Source of the DNA: Felis catus
Lineage: Eukaryota
DNA: 64,000 bases
Reading direction: 5' to 3'
Assembly (NCBI RefSeq): GCF_018350175.1
Contig: NC_058384.1
Location: forward strand, 68,572,001-68,636,000
Shown: piece after piece, positions 25,801 to 39,670 of the stretch
How positions within the stretch are numbered: the first letter of the stretch is position 1
Layout of the letters: every line of letters starts with the position of its first letter
Made by a program: the position numbers and the translations under genes
The notes under the pieces: generated by a model
Database searches by the model: none
What the model was told of the DNA's origin: nothing
Seen by the model: the letters and a program-made list of their open reading frames with translations, nothing else

Positions 25801-28800
25801 ACCAGGCTCCAGGGTCCGAGCTGTCAGCACAGAGCCCAACGTGGGGGCTCAAACCCACGAACTGTGAGGTCATGACCTAAGCTGAAGTCGGACACTTAAC
25901 TGCCCAGGCGCTCCAAGCAGTACTTGATTACTAAATTAATACGAAGGCTAATACGAAATTTCAGTTCAGCCATTAAGACTCATTTTGCCCCTTCCACTGA
26001 ACAGCTCAAAAGTAACAAGGAGAGCTAACCGGAGCCTCACTTCAAGACAAAGAAAAGAAAGCTAAGGGCCTGTCAACATCTCTGCACCACACAATCAAAT
26101 AATGAGTCCGTATGATTCATTTTCTCTGTGTGTATCCAAGTTCTATAGGACAATCACTAATAAGAAAACAAAATTTACTCTTATGCTTTTGGGGGATTTC
26201 CCCCACTCCCTACTGCTAGGTAAGACCGCCAGCCTAGTCCAGCAGATGAACCACATGGCTTTGACTACTCCAAAACATCTTCAGGGAGATTCGATCTAGT
26301 TTCCGTTAGGTTCTTATTCAACCATATCCTTCCTCATCACCATCAATGAGCAGCGCTCTCTTAAATGAAACCACTCAGTCCAACTCAAGGGAAGACATTT
26401 TTCCCACTTCAGTCTATGTCACAAAATTATACGAACAAAAACACAAACACCCGAAGTTGAGTTAAAAGTATAGGACTATGGCAGGGAGATGATCCCACAC
26501 GGTAACGATTATCAGATATTCTACAAGTGCAAAGCTTTAAAGATACAGCATATTATGTAATGTCCGTGTATAGCGAGCTCCTATGTTATTTATATTAAAA
26601 TTTTGTTTTACATCTATTAAGTTTTAGAAAAAACTGGTTCTCTAATGTTTCTTTCTTTCTTTTTTTTTTTTTTTTTAAAGAGAGAAAAAGCACAAGCAGG
26701 GGAGAGGGGCAGAGGGAGAAAGAATCTTAAGCAGGCTCCATGCTCAGCACAGAGCCTGACATGAGGCTTGATCCCACGACACTGCAATCAGGACCTGAGC
26801 CAAAACCAAGAGTTGGACGCTCAACTGAGCGAGCCACCTAGGCGCTCAAGCATCTGACTCTTGATAGCAGCTCAGGTTGTGATCTCAAAGTCATGGGATC
26901 GAGCCCAACACTGAGCTCTGCGATGACAGTGTGGAGCCTGCTTGGAGTCTCCCTCTCTCTCTGCTCCCTGCACACTCGTGTGCACTTTCTCTCAAAATAA
27001 ACAGACATTTAAAAATAATAAAAATGAAGTAATCGTTATAATCCTACTACTGGAAAAATAAAATTATATGCAAAAAGAAAAAAAGAGAAAGTTTTTCTTA
27101 TGATTTGTTAAAAAAAAAAACACTGGTCCTTGCATCACTGTTTACCCTTAAATGATTCCTTTGCTTTGGTCGTTAACTAACGACCTTGAATTTCTTAACT
27201 GAGTCAACAATTCACATGCCTGAAGTACTCTAGGTGTTAATAACTAATACCACTGCTGCTCCCCCATTTGTGTGGCCTTATCCACAATCTTATTTCATGT
27301 TCCTACAGCCCTGTATGGCAGGCAGAGCAAGCGCTCTTATCCCCACCTACAGAGAAGGGGAGGGGCAGCAAGTAAACAGAAACATTCAGTAAAACCCCAA
27401 GTTTTTGGAAGCTGAGTCCAGAAACATCTGGTTTAAACAGATTTATATGGCAATTCTGCTATCGAGAAATAGGCAAGTGCTACAACTTCCCATCAAAGTT
27501 TAACTAGAATTGAAAAAGGATTAAAATTTGATGTCATTTTTTTTCCTCTTCAACAGTAAATTAACACTTGGCACAGTGAGTGTCTGGTAAGTGATATGGA
27601 CTCACTTTTAGAAGAAGATTCAGTCTGTCCAAAACTAAGTCCTCCTACTGCACAGCACCCTACTACCCAACTCTGTGTCCCTACCACCAAGGCTACTTAG
27701 TGGGGGCTACTTAAGGCTACTTAAAGGGGATGTTTTACCCCACCCCAAACCTGTCACCGGAAGGCAGTACTCCATGTACGTGCCGGAGTTAAAGGGCACT
27801 GGGTCTCTTACTTACCATACTGTGATGAGAGAATGAGTTTCCTGAAGCAGGCTGTGTTATGGCACTCTGCTTTGAATTACTGAACACCAGAGGCTGCGCA
27901 AGAGAAGGAGCCTGAGATGGATCCAGATTAGAGGAATCATTCTCCATTGAAGATGGTGTCTTCCCCAACAGAACAGCAAGGTCGATTCTAGTGGAGAGAC
28001 AGAATATACTCATGAATAATGACAGAACATTCTAGCATTCCCAACTCCCAGAGTATGGTCAGATCAAAATAAAGTCACTCATCAAAAACACAAAGACCAG
28101 AAATGCTTAATTGACCAAAATAAATGATGTGTGAGAACCACTACAGGATCTAGCTGTGTTCTAATGGCACTGTCAACCATAATGTTAAATATTTCAATTT
28201 AGTTAAATTAATTTAATGGAATAGCAAATGTTAGTTTTAATGCAACAGCTTCACATTGGGGCCAAAATTTACAAAATTTTTAATGAATATTTTAATAATG
28301 AATACCTGCCATTACCAATACCTAATACACAAAAACTTGCCAGAGCACCGGCACCTTCAAGTATCTTTGGAATTGGCCCCCAAACTTCCGTAGAACTTCC
28401 CAAGTCACCTGTGGTCTAAGGAGCACACATACAGTTCCGCTTTGCCTCTAGTTCTCAGCACAGAGCTCCTAAAACCCTTAAAATTTCCTAAGTGTCTCTT
28501 GTTATTCGTAATGAGCCTCTTTCAACCAAAGTCCACGCTAACGAGGTTACTCAGGGTGGGAGCCCCACCCCCCCAGAGCTGCAGGAAGTGGGCTGCCACC
28601 AGGAATACCAGCAATGGGATTAGAGGGTTAGAACTTTCAGCCCCAGCACTCTCTCTTTACCCACTTCTAGAATCAGAACGAGCTTGGAGACTGCCTTCGA
28701 CAGCCAATGGCTTAGTCAATCAGGCCTATCTAAGTAATGAAACTTTGATTAAAACTCTAGAACAGGGAGATTCAGTGAGCTTCTGGGTTAGTGGATGCAC

Positions 28801-31800
28801 TGAATGTTGATGAATGTACTGGGAAGGCACCCCACGCCCTGCCCTGTGTGTGCATCTCTTCCAACTGGCCACTGTACCTGAGTACTGGTTATAACAAACC
28901 AGTTATGGCAAGTAACTCTTCCCTGGGTTCCGAGTCATTCTAGCAGATTTCTGAACCTAAGCAGGGGGTGAGGGGTGGGGTAGGCTGTGAGAATCCCCAA
29001 ATCTGCAGTCAGCCAGGCAGAAGGGTGTGGGCAGCCTGGGCACTCATCTGCAGTGGACCTCACACCTCGGAAGCAAGGGCAGTCTTCTGGGATGGAGGCA
29101 TCAATCAGGGTCTGTGCTAACTCTGGCAAGTGGCAGAACTGAACTGAATTACTAAATACCTTGTCGGTGTTCAGAGAACTGAAGGACTGATGTCAGTAAA
29201 ATGAGATACTGGTGTCAGAAAAACAACACACATCGCCTCTGATGCCCCTAATGTCCTATTCCTAGCACGCTTCGGGCTTCTGAGTTATCAGCTATCATAC
29301 CCAGGTCTAGAAATAATCCAAGAGGCTTTCTGGGAATAAAAATATTCCTAGTAAGTGCACCTCCCTCTACTAACCCCAATAACTAAGGTTCAAGTTCTAA
29401 AAAATTCATTAGCCAGATCCTAGGGGAAAAATGACCATTTTACTCAGTAGGCTTGGCAGACAAAGATCATTATTATAAAGCAAGAGAAGCAGCTACTGAA
29501 CAGTTCTGCAAACTGAAATAAATGAAAACATTTCCATGTTTAACTTTACCTTACTACCAGACAAGCTCAATCGTGCTAAGTTTTAATTCAGGTTGACCTA
29601 TGTAATGAAAGGGGCTATTTTGGAAAGAATCATCTTTAAAATTGTAAAAAATGGACTCCCGTTCAGTAGACCAACTCTTATAACCCGATCAGCCTCACAT
29701 GCTTGCTTCCCGTTACTGCCAGCACCATGGGAGCTCGAGAAGGCCCACTGCTGCTCTTCCTTACAGCCCCTTCTCACCAGGCCCATTTGGGAAAGGACCC
29801 NNNNNNNNNNNNNNNNNNNNNNNNNNNNNNNNNNNNNNNNNNNNNNNNNNNNNNNNNNNNNNNNNNNNNNNNNNNNNNNNNNNNNNNNNNNNNNNNNNNN
29901 NNNNNNNNNNNNNNNNNNNNNNNNNNNNNNNNTCTGGTGTTAAGTGGACTACAGTCAGAAACCTGGCTCAGGAAAGGGGAACTTAACACCAAGGAAAAGG
30001 AAAAACGCTCAGAAGAGAAAACCACCTAGCCGGAGGAACCTACACGGACTGACCTCCATTCCCCTTCTAGATATGACTTTATCAAAGGTGTAAAATCAAG
30101 AAAGCCTATGAAATACAATGGGAGTCACATGCTATGCACACTGAACTTACAGAAAGCTGAATACACATGCTACAAAAAAGAGAGAAAACCCTTTTATACT
30201 TTCCCATTAGAGTTCCCAACTCACACCCTTACCCAAACCAAACTTTATCTTCCACTGCTCCTCTCAAAGAAAGGTTACAGCCAAGACAAAGACAAAATGA
30301 AAGAAATTCATTCCTGGCTTTTGAGCAGTAAGGACCCAAGTGCTGGTGAATTAGGGTCTCTGTAGGGATGATTTCAACTATATGCAATTTTTGCCTTAAT
30401 AGTGACTTTACTACACCTACCCTTTGCATTCTAAGACCCTAAAATTAGGTAAACAATTGTAGGGAATAGCTCATTCCACCATTCAAAACGTGCTTTGGTT
30501 TTGTTTTCACTTTTTGACTAAAATCTCTTCTCCAAAAACAGGGAATCCACTTCCCCAAATATATCATTCTCTGAAAGTTGCTTAAACAGACCAAACCAAA
30601 TCCTAGAAAGTATTCACGAGGCAGTCTAGCTCAGTTACAACAGAAAAGAAATCATCCTCTAATGCTGATGCATCTGAAATTTTAAACACTCAGGTCTGGC
30701 AAACCCAAAGTTTGGTCACCATGTCACCATAAAAGCTGCCTTGCCTAAATATATGTAAGTATAGAAAGCAGACTGAAAAAATGTTAAAACAGGATTTAAT
30801 CCATGATCACTGAAAACTACAATTCACAACAAAATCCTGACTGTGACCAAGAACGAGCAGAATTCTTTTACTCAAGTGCTACTCCAGTGAGCTCAGAGTG
30901 CTGGCTTATGTGCCACCTCTGTGACACCCATGACTGAGCTGTCCACGTTGAGTCACGCTGGAAGATCTATACTTTCATCTCAACTATGAAGCTGGGCTTC
31001 AGAACCAACCAGATTGTGAATTCGAGGACGCGGTACTCTCTCACTTCGCACCCACCTCTAAGCCAATCACAGGACCAAACACCAGTGCCCGAATAGGAAC
31101 TAAATAGCCGAACTGGCTCAAGAGAAGTCATGGGCTACCAGCAGCTGTTACTCAAGGCACTACCTGCCTAACTCCATTTCTGGTGCTCTACCCAACCACC
31201 ATCTCTTGCTGGGATAAATCCGACAATCAGATATTGGACTTACACAGGTGCACTTGCCCTTTCCATAGTNNNNNNNNNNNNNNNNNNNNNNNNNNNNNNN
31301 NNNNNNNNNNNNNNNNNNNNNNNNNNNNNNNNNNNNNNNNNNNNNNNNNNNNNNNNNNNNNNNNNNNNNNNNNNNNNNNNNNNNNNNNNNNNNNNNNNNN
31401 NATATACCCATTTTCTATCCCTAAACACCACTAAGGGATAGAAAGCACTAGTGAGGAGTGACTGGGGAATACCTACGTCTTCATTCCAGTCTTCAGTCCC
31501 CCACTCCTCTGCCGCGGTCCTCCACGCACCTGGCAATAAAGGAAAAACAGTGAAGTAACTTAAGTGCCAGTACACAGCATGTGCAAAAACACTAATGTAT
31601 TAATAGTTCCGGCAGCCGAAAGAGTAACCAGATTTTAGTAATCAAAAGAGATTCCTAGGTTCCAGGGGGGAGGAAAAGACTATTTAGAAAGGGATACGTC
31701 AGAAGACCAGGGTTTTTCATGAGATTATGACTTCACACCTACTTCCAGGCTTTGTTACGCAGCTTTAACAGCAGAGATAGTGGGGAGTGGGGGAGCGAGG

Positions 31801-34800
31801 GGCAACGGGTCCAATGCTCCAGGCAACCTCTGAAGACCCCTCAAGCCCTCTGCCTTAGTGGTCAACTCAAGTGACAGCAGCAGCCAATTTACACCAGAAC
31901 GTACACTACGCCTTCTCACCTGGTAGGAGACAGCACGACGGGCAGAGAGAGAGAGAGTGGCGGTGACGGGGGGAACACGAATGGCTGCCATGTGGCAGTG
32001 GAAGGGCAGCGGAAGACAGGCTTCCAAACTGCGGGCACTGACAACTACCTGCTATCAGAACTCAATGTAAAAATGCATACTCAGCAGAAGTCAAGTGTAT
32101 CGATCTCACTGGTCAAACCGTAAGAAACCCTCATGAGTCTGTTCTTTTCCACGCCTTTTCAGAAGACATTGAACAAAACTGAAAAAGCAAACACGTCTGT
32201 TATTATCCTAGTCCTAATCCTACAGAACGTGACCTCTAACCTGCCAAGGGCACAGCGCAGACAACGCAGTCGTATACTCGCCCCATGTTGGTCATAACAA
32301 AGTCAGGATGGTTTCTATAGGCAAGTTCCATCAGCAGTAAAACCACCTTCCACACTCCCCCTGTTTTGCTTCATGTGTACGTATATCCTCAGAAAAGGAA
32401 ACTGTTCTACGAGAAGCAGGATTCTTCCCTTCAACTGAAGGACCACAGTAAGAAGTAACACCTGACTACTGCAAAGGACAAGAACACTCCTTATTTTCTT
32501 CTCTAAAACAACAGTACATGTTGATCAATTCTTCAAGCCTTCTCTCCAAATGGAGAAAACTTCTTTTAAGAATTATAGTCTGGAGCTCTTGGGTGGCTCA
32601 GTGGGTTGGGAGTCCGATTTCGGCTCAGGTCATGATCTCGCAGTTCACAAGTTTGAGCCCCTCATCGGGCTCTGTGCTGATGGCTCGGAGCCTGGAGCCT
32701 GTTTCAGGTTCTGTCTCCCTCTTTCTGCCCCTCCCCCACTTGCTCATGCACACTCTCCCTCTCTCAGAAATAAACATTAAAAAATTTTAAGAAAAAGAAA
32801 AAAGAATGAAAATCTGGCATTCAGATATTCACTGTCACCGAAGAGAAATATTCTAATACCTATATTCCCATATGAAATTCTTCTAGGGGCCCCTGGTAGG
32901 CTCAGTCAGTACAACAAGAGATTCCTCATCTCAGGATTGAGTTCAAAGCCCTACATTGGGTGTGGAGATTTCTTAAAAATAAAATCTTTAGAACCCTATT
33001 TCATAAAGAAAAAGATAGTCATTATAATGCTTCTTCCAGGACCACTTATAACCGCACAAGGGAAATTCCGAACCACTTAATAATGGCAACGTTCTCCAAA
33101 TCACACTAAAGTCCAATTTCAGTTCAGACAAATTACAAACCATATTCTTCTCTCCCTCTTTGGTGACACTACTCTTCCTCTCCATTGACATCCAACCTGC
33201 CTTGGATAAATGGAACCCAAGATCTGGGTTAACACATATACATAATCCTGGAGTTGGAAGTGACCTGAGAAGTTATCTCCTATTGACGGGCTCTCTGTCA
33301 AGGCAGCAATGTTCTCCTGCACTCTCGTGACTAGTCTAAGACGCAAAGGAAGAATGCAGATGCCTACTTGATCCAAGACAAGATGCACAGTCATGGCCAA
33401 GAAGGCTGTACTGAAAAGGCACGAAAGAACAGTAGGAGTGCTAAGGCTCTGAGCGATAGGTAAGGGTTTCCATTCTGTCAGCAGAAAGCAGTCAATGTAA
33501 ATGTTAGTCATTAAATGATCAAAAATTTTTAAGAAAAAACAGGTACAGACTATGAGAAAAAAAGGCAGAAAAAGAAAAAAAAAAGCAGGGAAACAGAAAA
33601 ATGACATATCCACAGATATTCCAATTCATAAAAATCTATAAAAATATCCGGGGCAGTTAGGCACCTGGATGTATCATACCAGGAGCAGTCTCAAATTTTC
33701 GGGGATAATTTGACCCCTCAACCCCACTGAAATCAAGTCCTGAAACAAAAAAGAAAAAAAACACAAGCAGTGAAATTTTGCTTCTGAATGAGAACATTTG
33801 CCCCAAAACAATTCCCACTGTACCTGTGGATATTTTAAGGGTAGGTTTCAATTTCTTTTTAAATAAAAAAGGGAATTTGAAGTTTGCTATCATGAAAACA
33901 CAAAAAGAGATCATGCATGAATGTCACTTCATATTGTGAAATTAACAACAGCAGGAATGCATGAAGCTACACCCAACACGTTCACACGCACAAGACGAGA
34001 TCAGCATCACACAGCTTTTCATTCAGCCACAAATCCGATTTCGGATTCTAACCTCCCAAATCTGCTGTTCTCTCCTCAGTATAAATAAACACACACCTCA
34101 TCCTTCCTTGCTTTCCAAACCAGATCCTTGCTGAAAACAGCTAAGGCTTGCAATCTAGGACTGGGACTCCATGCCTGATTTTCTATCCACAACTGAAAAC
34201 AAATCCCTTAATGTCTATTATCTTTTCTGCCAATGAGAAAAAAGCCAAATACCCAAAAACTAGTGCTCAAAAGCAGTCACTTCTGGTATTCAGACTGCTA
34301 CCACACTGCCTCTACAAGCCATCAAGAGTGGCGTTATACCTCCTAAAATAACAAAAAGACAGTTCATAGCCAAATGGTCCGGGAATTAAAACAGATTTCC
34401 ATCTTGTCAATAACTCAACTTCAGCCTCCATCAATGGGATAACTGTATTTAAAACGAATTTGTAAAATAGCTGGTAAATTAAAAGCACATAACATTCAGG
34501 ACCTGAGGTATAACGTCTTGTGGGCAATAGATGAACTGTTTGTGCCAGAGACCCTCCTAAAGAGAGAGAGAAACATCAATGATCTTTGAAAAGGGGCAAA
34601 GCAAATAAATAGATAAGGGGTTAAAAAGCTGAATTCACACTCTACTATTAACTCATTCCCCCCTTTATAAGGGAAAAAAGTCTCAAGTTCTTCCTGTGCT
34701 GGCTCAGCCACAAAGAAGCAGGGAATCTCGTAAGAATACAATACTCCGCAGCCCAGGGACTGTTCTTACTTAAAGGGGTAAAAGTATCTTTCACTCCCAA

Positions 34801-37800
34801 ACACATTGTGGGTTGTCTGTCCCACAAGCCTAACATAGCCTTAAATATATATAGCCTACTCAGACACAAACACCAAAAGTCAGCTAACCAAAAAAGCAAC
34901 CTTATTCAAATCCCATAATATTCTTCCACACCCAGAAAACTATTCAATAAACAGCTAGAAAGCTGCGGCTTCCTTCTTGCCCAGATACTGAGATTTTTCC
35001 AAAAATGAAGGTAAAAAAGGTATTATCTCAGTGCCAGAAAACAAACTGACAGTGGGCTTTGATTCTGGGCCTTGTTCATCTCTACAAGTGGTGACATAAT
35101 TAACTAATTAAAAATACTTTTCCAAAAGGCAAAGCTAGAAACCCTAACAGAAACACTAGGAAACGCACCTGGAGCTAATGGCAGCCACACGGTGTAACAG
35201 AAAGAGCATGGGCTCTTAGGGTCAAACAATTCTGAGTTCAAATACTAGCAAATTTCATGACCACCCTTTGAGTGTAAGGTCTGGCATGTGGAGATGACGA
35301 ACAGTGTCAATTTCACAGGTGAGTGATGAAGACCAAGAGAACCAGCACGTGTAAAGTGCCCACAGGCACACAGTCAGCAAGGAGAACACACAGTATTTCG
35401 ATCGCCATCCCTTCCTCCCTTATCTCTGCACCAAAAACTATTCCTCCACTTTTTAATATGACCATAACCTCAAAATAGTTATTTCCTTAGGTTTTTAAAG
35501 ACCAGAAACAATAAGCAGTCACTCACTCGTCCCATCATCTGGTTCGAAGTGGCCAGTGTTGTTCCACGTATTCCCGCTATTATTGCCATAGTTGTCATCG
35601 GTATTGGCCGGTTCTGCATAATCAGCTGGGTTAAAGGTTCTGAGGGTGTGGGGAAAAATAGCTTAAAAGAGTCTGTGACCTCCAAGCAGCACCAGCAAAA
35701 ATGAACAATCCCATGGAATAATCTCAATTTATGTCTACTACCTATTTTGGGTTAGGACATCTATAATCATAAAACCCACACTGAATTTTGGAAAACAGCA
35801 GATACATGCATTCAAATGAAGTTATGAGCTAGAGGTGATCCAAGCAGTAAATGCTTATCTCCAGCACTACATCTACACACTCATCTGATTAAGTGGTCTA
35901 GAAATCTTTCTGATCACATTTTGGTTAAGGCTGCACATTATCCTCAGGGTATCAAGACACTAGCCGCTCTAGGATATTATGGTAATGATTAGGGGGAAAA
36001 AATTTAAAGACTGTGACATCAAATCAATGAAACTTACCCCATTCCTTGAGCAGAAAACCTTCCTCCCCGTCTACCAGAGCCACCTTAAAGGAAAAAAAGA
36101 CACAAAGAGAGGAAGGGAGAAATATTTTAAAAGTTGATATAAAAAGTACCTTGCCAATTGAGGCAACTCTGGAATAGTAAGTGGTTGATATTATTAGATG
36201 TTCTTTCTTTCACCCTGTAGTATAGTTAATATAACACAGTAGGCAATCACTACTATTGACAGATTGTTCCTTTGCTGACCAAGCTTCTGGGTCCTTAAAC
36301 AAATACATTAACATAAACGACACCTACCTTCTTTCCCACTGCTCACTCAGCAATCTCTAGAATTTGCATGATTTCTCAACAATTTAGGTAATGAGATGTC
36401 ATGTGAATTTGTTTTCAAATAAAGACGACCCCTATAGAACTAATAATACCCTGCCCCCAATATCCAACCCCCCAAGAAACTGATCACCTCTGCCTCTGCC
36501 ACGTCCTCTTCTGCCTCGTTCAGTGCCTCTTCCAGAAGGTCCTCCACTCTTAGTGCCATCTAATCCGTTTTCCTGACCCCGAACTAAAATTAAAAACACA
36601 GATAGCCAAAACAGAGTCAATGGAATTTATGTAAATATGTAAGTGGCACATACAGATGGTGGTGGGGAGACAAAACCAAGAGGAGATAATGAGATGGAAG
36701 GATGGGACATGATGGTTACCAGGGGAATGGTGATGAACCACAACAGAGAGCTAGAAGTCAGACAACTTTATAAATGACTGCAAGGTAATTTCATGCCAAA
36801 CTGGTAGCTGTAGCTAGAAAACGCTACATGTAAGAGATACCAAGGTCTCAGAATAAATGGTGGCAAGAAAAAAATCAGAAGGATGATATAATGGTTACTA
36901 GGTCCAGCCTACCAGGGCCCTGANNNNNNNNNNNNNNNNNNNNNNNNNNNNNNNNNNNNNNNNNNNNNNNNNNNNNNNNNNNNNNNNNNNNNNNNNNNNN
37001 NNNNNNNNNNNNNNNNNNNNNNNNNNNNNNNNNNNNNNNNNNNNNNNNNNNNNNNNNNNNNNNTTTTCTTTGCCTTCCTCGTTGGATTCCGTTTGGCCAC
37101 CATCCTTCTGTCCTGAGACTCCCTTCTTCTTCCCGACCATCTCCCACGAATGCTAAAGAAGGGCAGAGCATTCACATCTAATCAATATGGATTGCTATCG
37201 GGAAACCACAGATAAAAGCTGGGAAACTGTTAACCATTCTCCTCTCATCATCCAAATCTAAGATACTTCCACTAACTTATGTCTGCTTAAATGGAGGGTA
37301 CAGACAGAACCTCAAAACAAATTCTATACCTATCACTGAAAAATTGAAGTCCTTCTTATAGGGGAGGCGCCTATAGCTAATGGACTGCAGGGATCACTTC
37401 CAAAAGGATCGCCAAGATCTGGATCCGGTGCAGTCACATGGCGTATCAGTCAAAGGCCTAGTTATTGGTCCCCATCTTTCAAGTGTGTTTCCTGGGCTGA
37501 AAAAATTAATCTCCTTCAGATTCAGTGACTCCTAACTTTTTCATACACAGTCTTATTCATGTCAAAGGAGAAAAGGAAACTAAAAGTTTCTAAAGGTTAA
37601 CTTTGAATTCAGAATGAATCAATAGCATTTGACTCTTGGGCACATTCTCTAATCAAACAACCCAGCATTTAGAAGAATAAGAACTACACCTAGTCCTCAC
37701 CACCATCCCCCAGCCCCACTCCCTGACACACACACCAATTGCCTTTGCTTTAAAGACGAAGTAACAGCCAGGAAGGCATAGCCCTGGCCCGGACACAGTG

Positions 37801-39639
37801 GACTACAGGGAGCCTTCTGTTCCAGGTTTTACATCTGTATTCTCCCTATATTCCCTAAAGTGATACAACCCAATTAAACTTTCCCCAAAGCAGAATAATC
37901 TATAATTCACTCCAGACTGCAGAAGGGAAAATTCGTGGTAAGGAAAATAAGCTAAAAAGTCCTGCAAAAAACCTCATTCCTCAAAAAATGAATTTTATAA
38001 ACACACACACCTTGATTCACAATTATTTTTGCAGAAAATATGTACAAAAATTCCCAAACACCGAGACTACCATATCTTTACTATCCTAGTTACCATCTTA
38101 CTCAAACAACAATGACCCAGTGCTCCGCAACAGCTAACAAATATCTAAAGACTTCCAAGAATATGAACCAAGTAGAATACAAAACGGCTATTAATTTTTC
38201 CAGGATTGATAACATGGTCATACAGAAAAATATCCTTCTTTAAGGGAAGCATGCTGCAGAGGATTTGTGATGTCTACAACTTACTTCCAGCCAATTCCAA
38301 GTGTCCATAAATGGATGAATAAACAAAATGTGGTATACACATATAATGAAATATTTTTCAGCATTAAAAAGGAGTGAACTTCTGACACATGCCACAATAT
38401 GGACAAACTCTGAAAACGCTATGCTAAGTAAGAAGACGCAAAGAGACAAATATTGCATGATTCCACTTACATGAGGTACCTAGAATAGGCAAATTCATAG
38501 AGACAGAGAATAGAAAAGGTTACTAGGAGCTGGGAAGATGGGGAAAGGGGGAGTTACTGTGTAATGGATACAGTTTTTGTTTAGGAAACGACAAAGTCCT
38601 AGAGATGGATAAAGCTAATGACTGCATAACATGGTCAGTGTACCTAATGGCACTGAATTATATACTTAAAAATGGTTAAAATTATACATTTTAAACATTT
38701 TTACTACAACTTAAAAAACTTAAGTTAAAAACTACATTTAAAATTATACCAAAATCATACCCACACGTTCTAAAGAGCCTACAATAGTTTACTAATAGTT
38801 TTTGAAAAAATTATCCACCCAGGACCCGGTAGCTCCTTGTTGCCTACTCTTCCAGTCCAAGTTCATTCCACATTATAGCTCCTGAGTCTTTTTATGCTCA
38901 CAGTAGCATCAATTCTTAAGTAACAGTGCCACCATTATAATTAAATCTGCAGCAGGAACCCTGGAAACTACATTCAAAATAGTTAGCTTATAGGGGCAAC
39001 TGGGTGGCTCAGCTGGTTGAGCATCCGACCTCGGCTCAGGTCATGATCTCATGGTTCGTGGGTTCAAGCCCTGCATCAGGCTCTGTGCTGACAGCGTGGA
39101 GCCTGAGGGCTGCTTCGGATTCTGTGTCTCCCTCTCTCTCTGCCCCTCCTCCACTCGCACTCTGTCTCTCTCTCAAAAAAGTAAATAAACGTTAAAAAAA
39201 AAAAAAAAAAGCTTATAGACTTTTCAGCTGGTCTATCTCAAAACCTGTCAAGTTTCAGAAACCTGTCCCCTTTTCCGTTCTCTATGGTATGCACAGCTGC
39301 TGGAACTACCTGGGTTCTACAAGGAAAAGGAATTACTATGATCTTCCCAAGGGTGGTGCCATTTTCTGATACGATCTCATCTACCCAAATACATCCAACA
39401 CCCCTGGCAGCAAATATTACTCCCAACTGGTTTCATTAGCAACTTATTTGTGGCATAAGCCTATGTTCTCCAGTTTATTTTCCTTTTTGACACCATAGAA
39501 GGTTAGATTTGTAGCACTAGACAGAAGACGGTGAAAGGTGAAACAAAACGTGACTTTTGCAAATTAATTAATTTTTAAAAATCCAGCTCAGTTGGCTAAG
39601 CATCAGACCCTTTAAATATTTTTAAAACGTTTAGTTTTG

Positions 39640-39670
<31 letters not shown>

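Noticed and set aside
33119-33613. 164-aa hydrophobic ORF as an independent membrane-protein gene
   Set aside because: Its hydrophobicity comes from intronic poly-T tracts and there is no promoter. Only the internal candidate exon is kept as a finding.
39004-39195. Recurrent MAQSVKRPTSAQVMIS... ORF family, which could be mistaken for a repeated gene family, tRNA genes or CRISPR-like repeats
   Set aside because: These are translations of dispersed tRNA-derived Can-SINEs with poly(A) tails and TSDs; there is no cloverleaf and no regular repeat-spacer array.
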